DNA of 64,000 nucleotides from an uncultured Methanosarcinaceae archaeon. Its GTDB lineage: Archaea > Halobacteriota > Methanosarcinia > Methanosarcinales > Methanosarcinaceae. The position numbers were made by a program, and so were the translations under genes. The stretch covers positions 288,001-352,000 of the forward strand of contig CAWJYV010000007.1 in NCBI GenBank assembly GCA_963847185.1. Direction: 5' to 3'. Positions 63,549 to 64,000 of this stretch are shown here, piece by piece (position 1 is the first letter of the stretch; every line of letters starts with the position of its first letter). A model generated the notes under the pieces. That model worked only from the letters and a program-made list of their open reading frames with translations, was not told where the DNA came from and did no database searches.

Positions 63549-64000
63549 TTAATTTTTAATTGTTTTTAACTCCACCAGGGTTCTCGGATTGATAAAACCG
63601 CTTCTAAGCATATGGTCAGCAAGTACGAGGGCAACCATTGATTCGGCAACCGGCACCATACGCGGAGGTATTGTTGGATCATGCCTCCCTTTGATCGCGA
63701 TTTCTGCGTTTTCTCGGGTTATAAGATCTACCGTTTGCTGAACTTTTCCTATTGAAGGGGTAGGTTTTACGGCTGCCCTACAGACAATGTCCAGACCCGT
63801 TGAAATCCCTCCAAGAATGCCGCCTGCATTATTTTTTGAACAGGTTATTTTTCCTTCCTCAATGCGGAAAGGATCGTTCATTTCACTTCCACGCATGCGG
63901 GCTGCTTCAAATCCGGCTCCAATTTCAAAACCTTTGACTGCGGGAATGCTCATAAGGGCCTTTGCAAGGTCTGCATCCAGCCGATCAAATACAGGTTCTC
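63549..64000 (-). CDS. aroC: Chorismate synthase, 3' part (continues beyond window)
   Basis: [52 protein letters not shown]. Confidence 0.96.
   Translation of the reverse strand, partial: EPVFDRLDADLAKALMSIPAVKGFEIGAGFEAARMRGSEMNDPFRIEEGKITCSKNNAGGILGGISTGLDIVCRAAVKPTPSIGKVQQTVDLITRENAEIAIKGRHDPTIPPRMVPVAESMVALVLADHMLRSGFINPRTLVELKTIKN

Overview
Archaeal chromosomal window. Gene content, order and PKD-repeat surface proteins point to a Methanosarcina-type methanogen (inference). Most of it is housekeeping: acnA; trm5/lysE/tfb/gar1; ppdK; the rpl18e-rpl13-rps9-rpoN-tRNA-Pro-rpoK-rps2-MEMO1-mvk-ipk-fni-rnj-idsA superoperon; serA; an RPA pair; gltX; pyrD/pyrK; the ahbD-ahbA-ahbB-sirC-hemA-hemB-hemL-hemC tetrapyrrole cluster; and the 3' end of aroC. 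The accessory parts are as follows. (1) A RavA/ViaA-like AAA-vWA pair is split by a tiny sequon-rich secreted ORF and sits back-to-back with an E1-like ThiF gene and an uncharacterised HExxH protein. (2) An AT-rich islet lies at the 3' side of tRNA-Thr(CGT), with a Mesh1/SAH-like HD protein and an internally repeated membrane protein. (3) A ThDP alpha-keto acid decarboxylase sits behind a multi-hairpin element. (4) A frameshifted beta-helix/PKD surface gene has an ~800 bp upstream region with three tandem copies of its own RBS+start+signal-peptide unit, paired palindromes and a run of hairpins; this is the most unusual structure seen. (5) A 13-PKD surface protein and two MITE-like elements interrupt the heme cluster. 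(6) A MITE and histidine-kinase relic patch lies before aroC. No CRISPR array, rRNA or intact transposase/integrase was seen. All product calls come from motif recognition by eye; no database searches were run.
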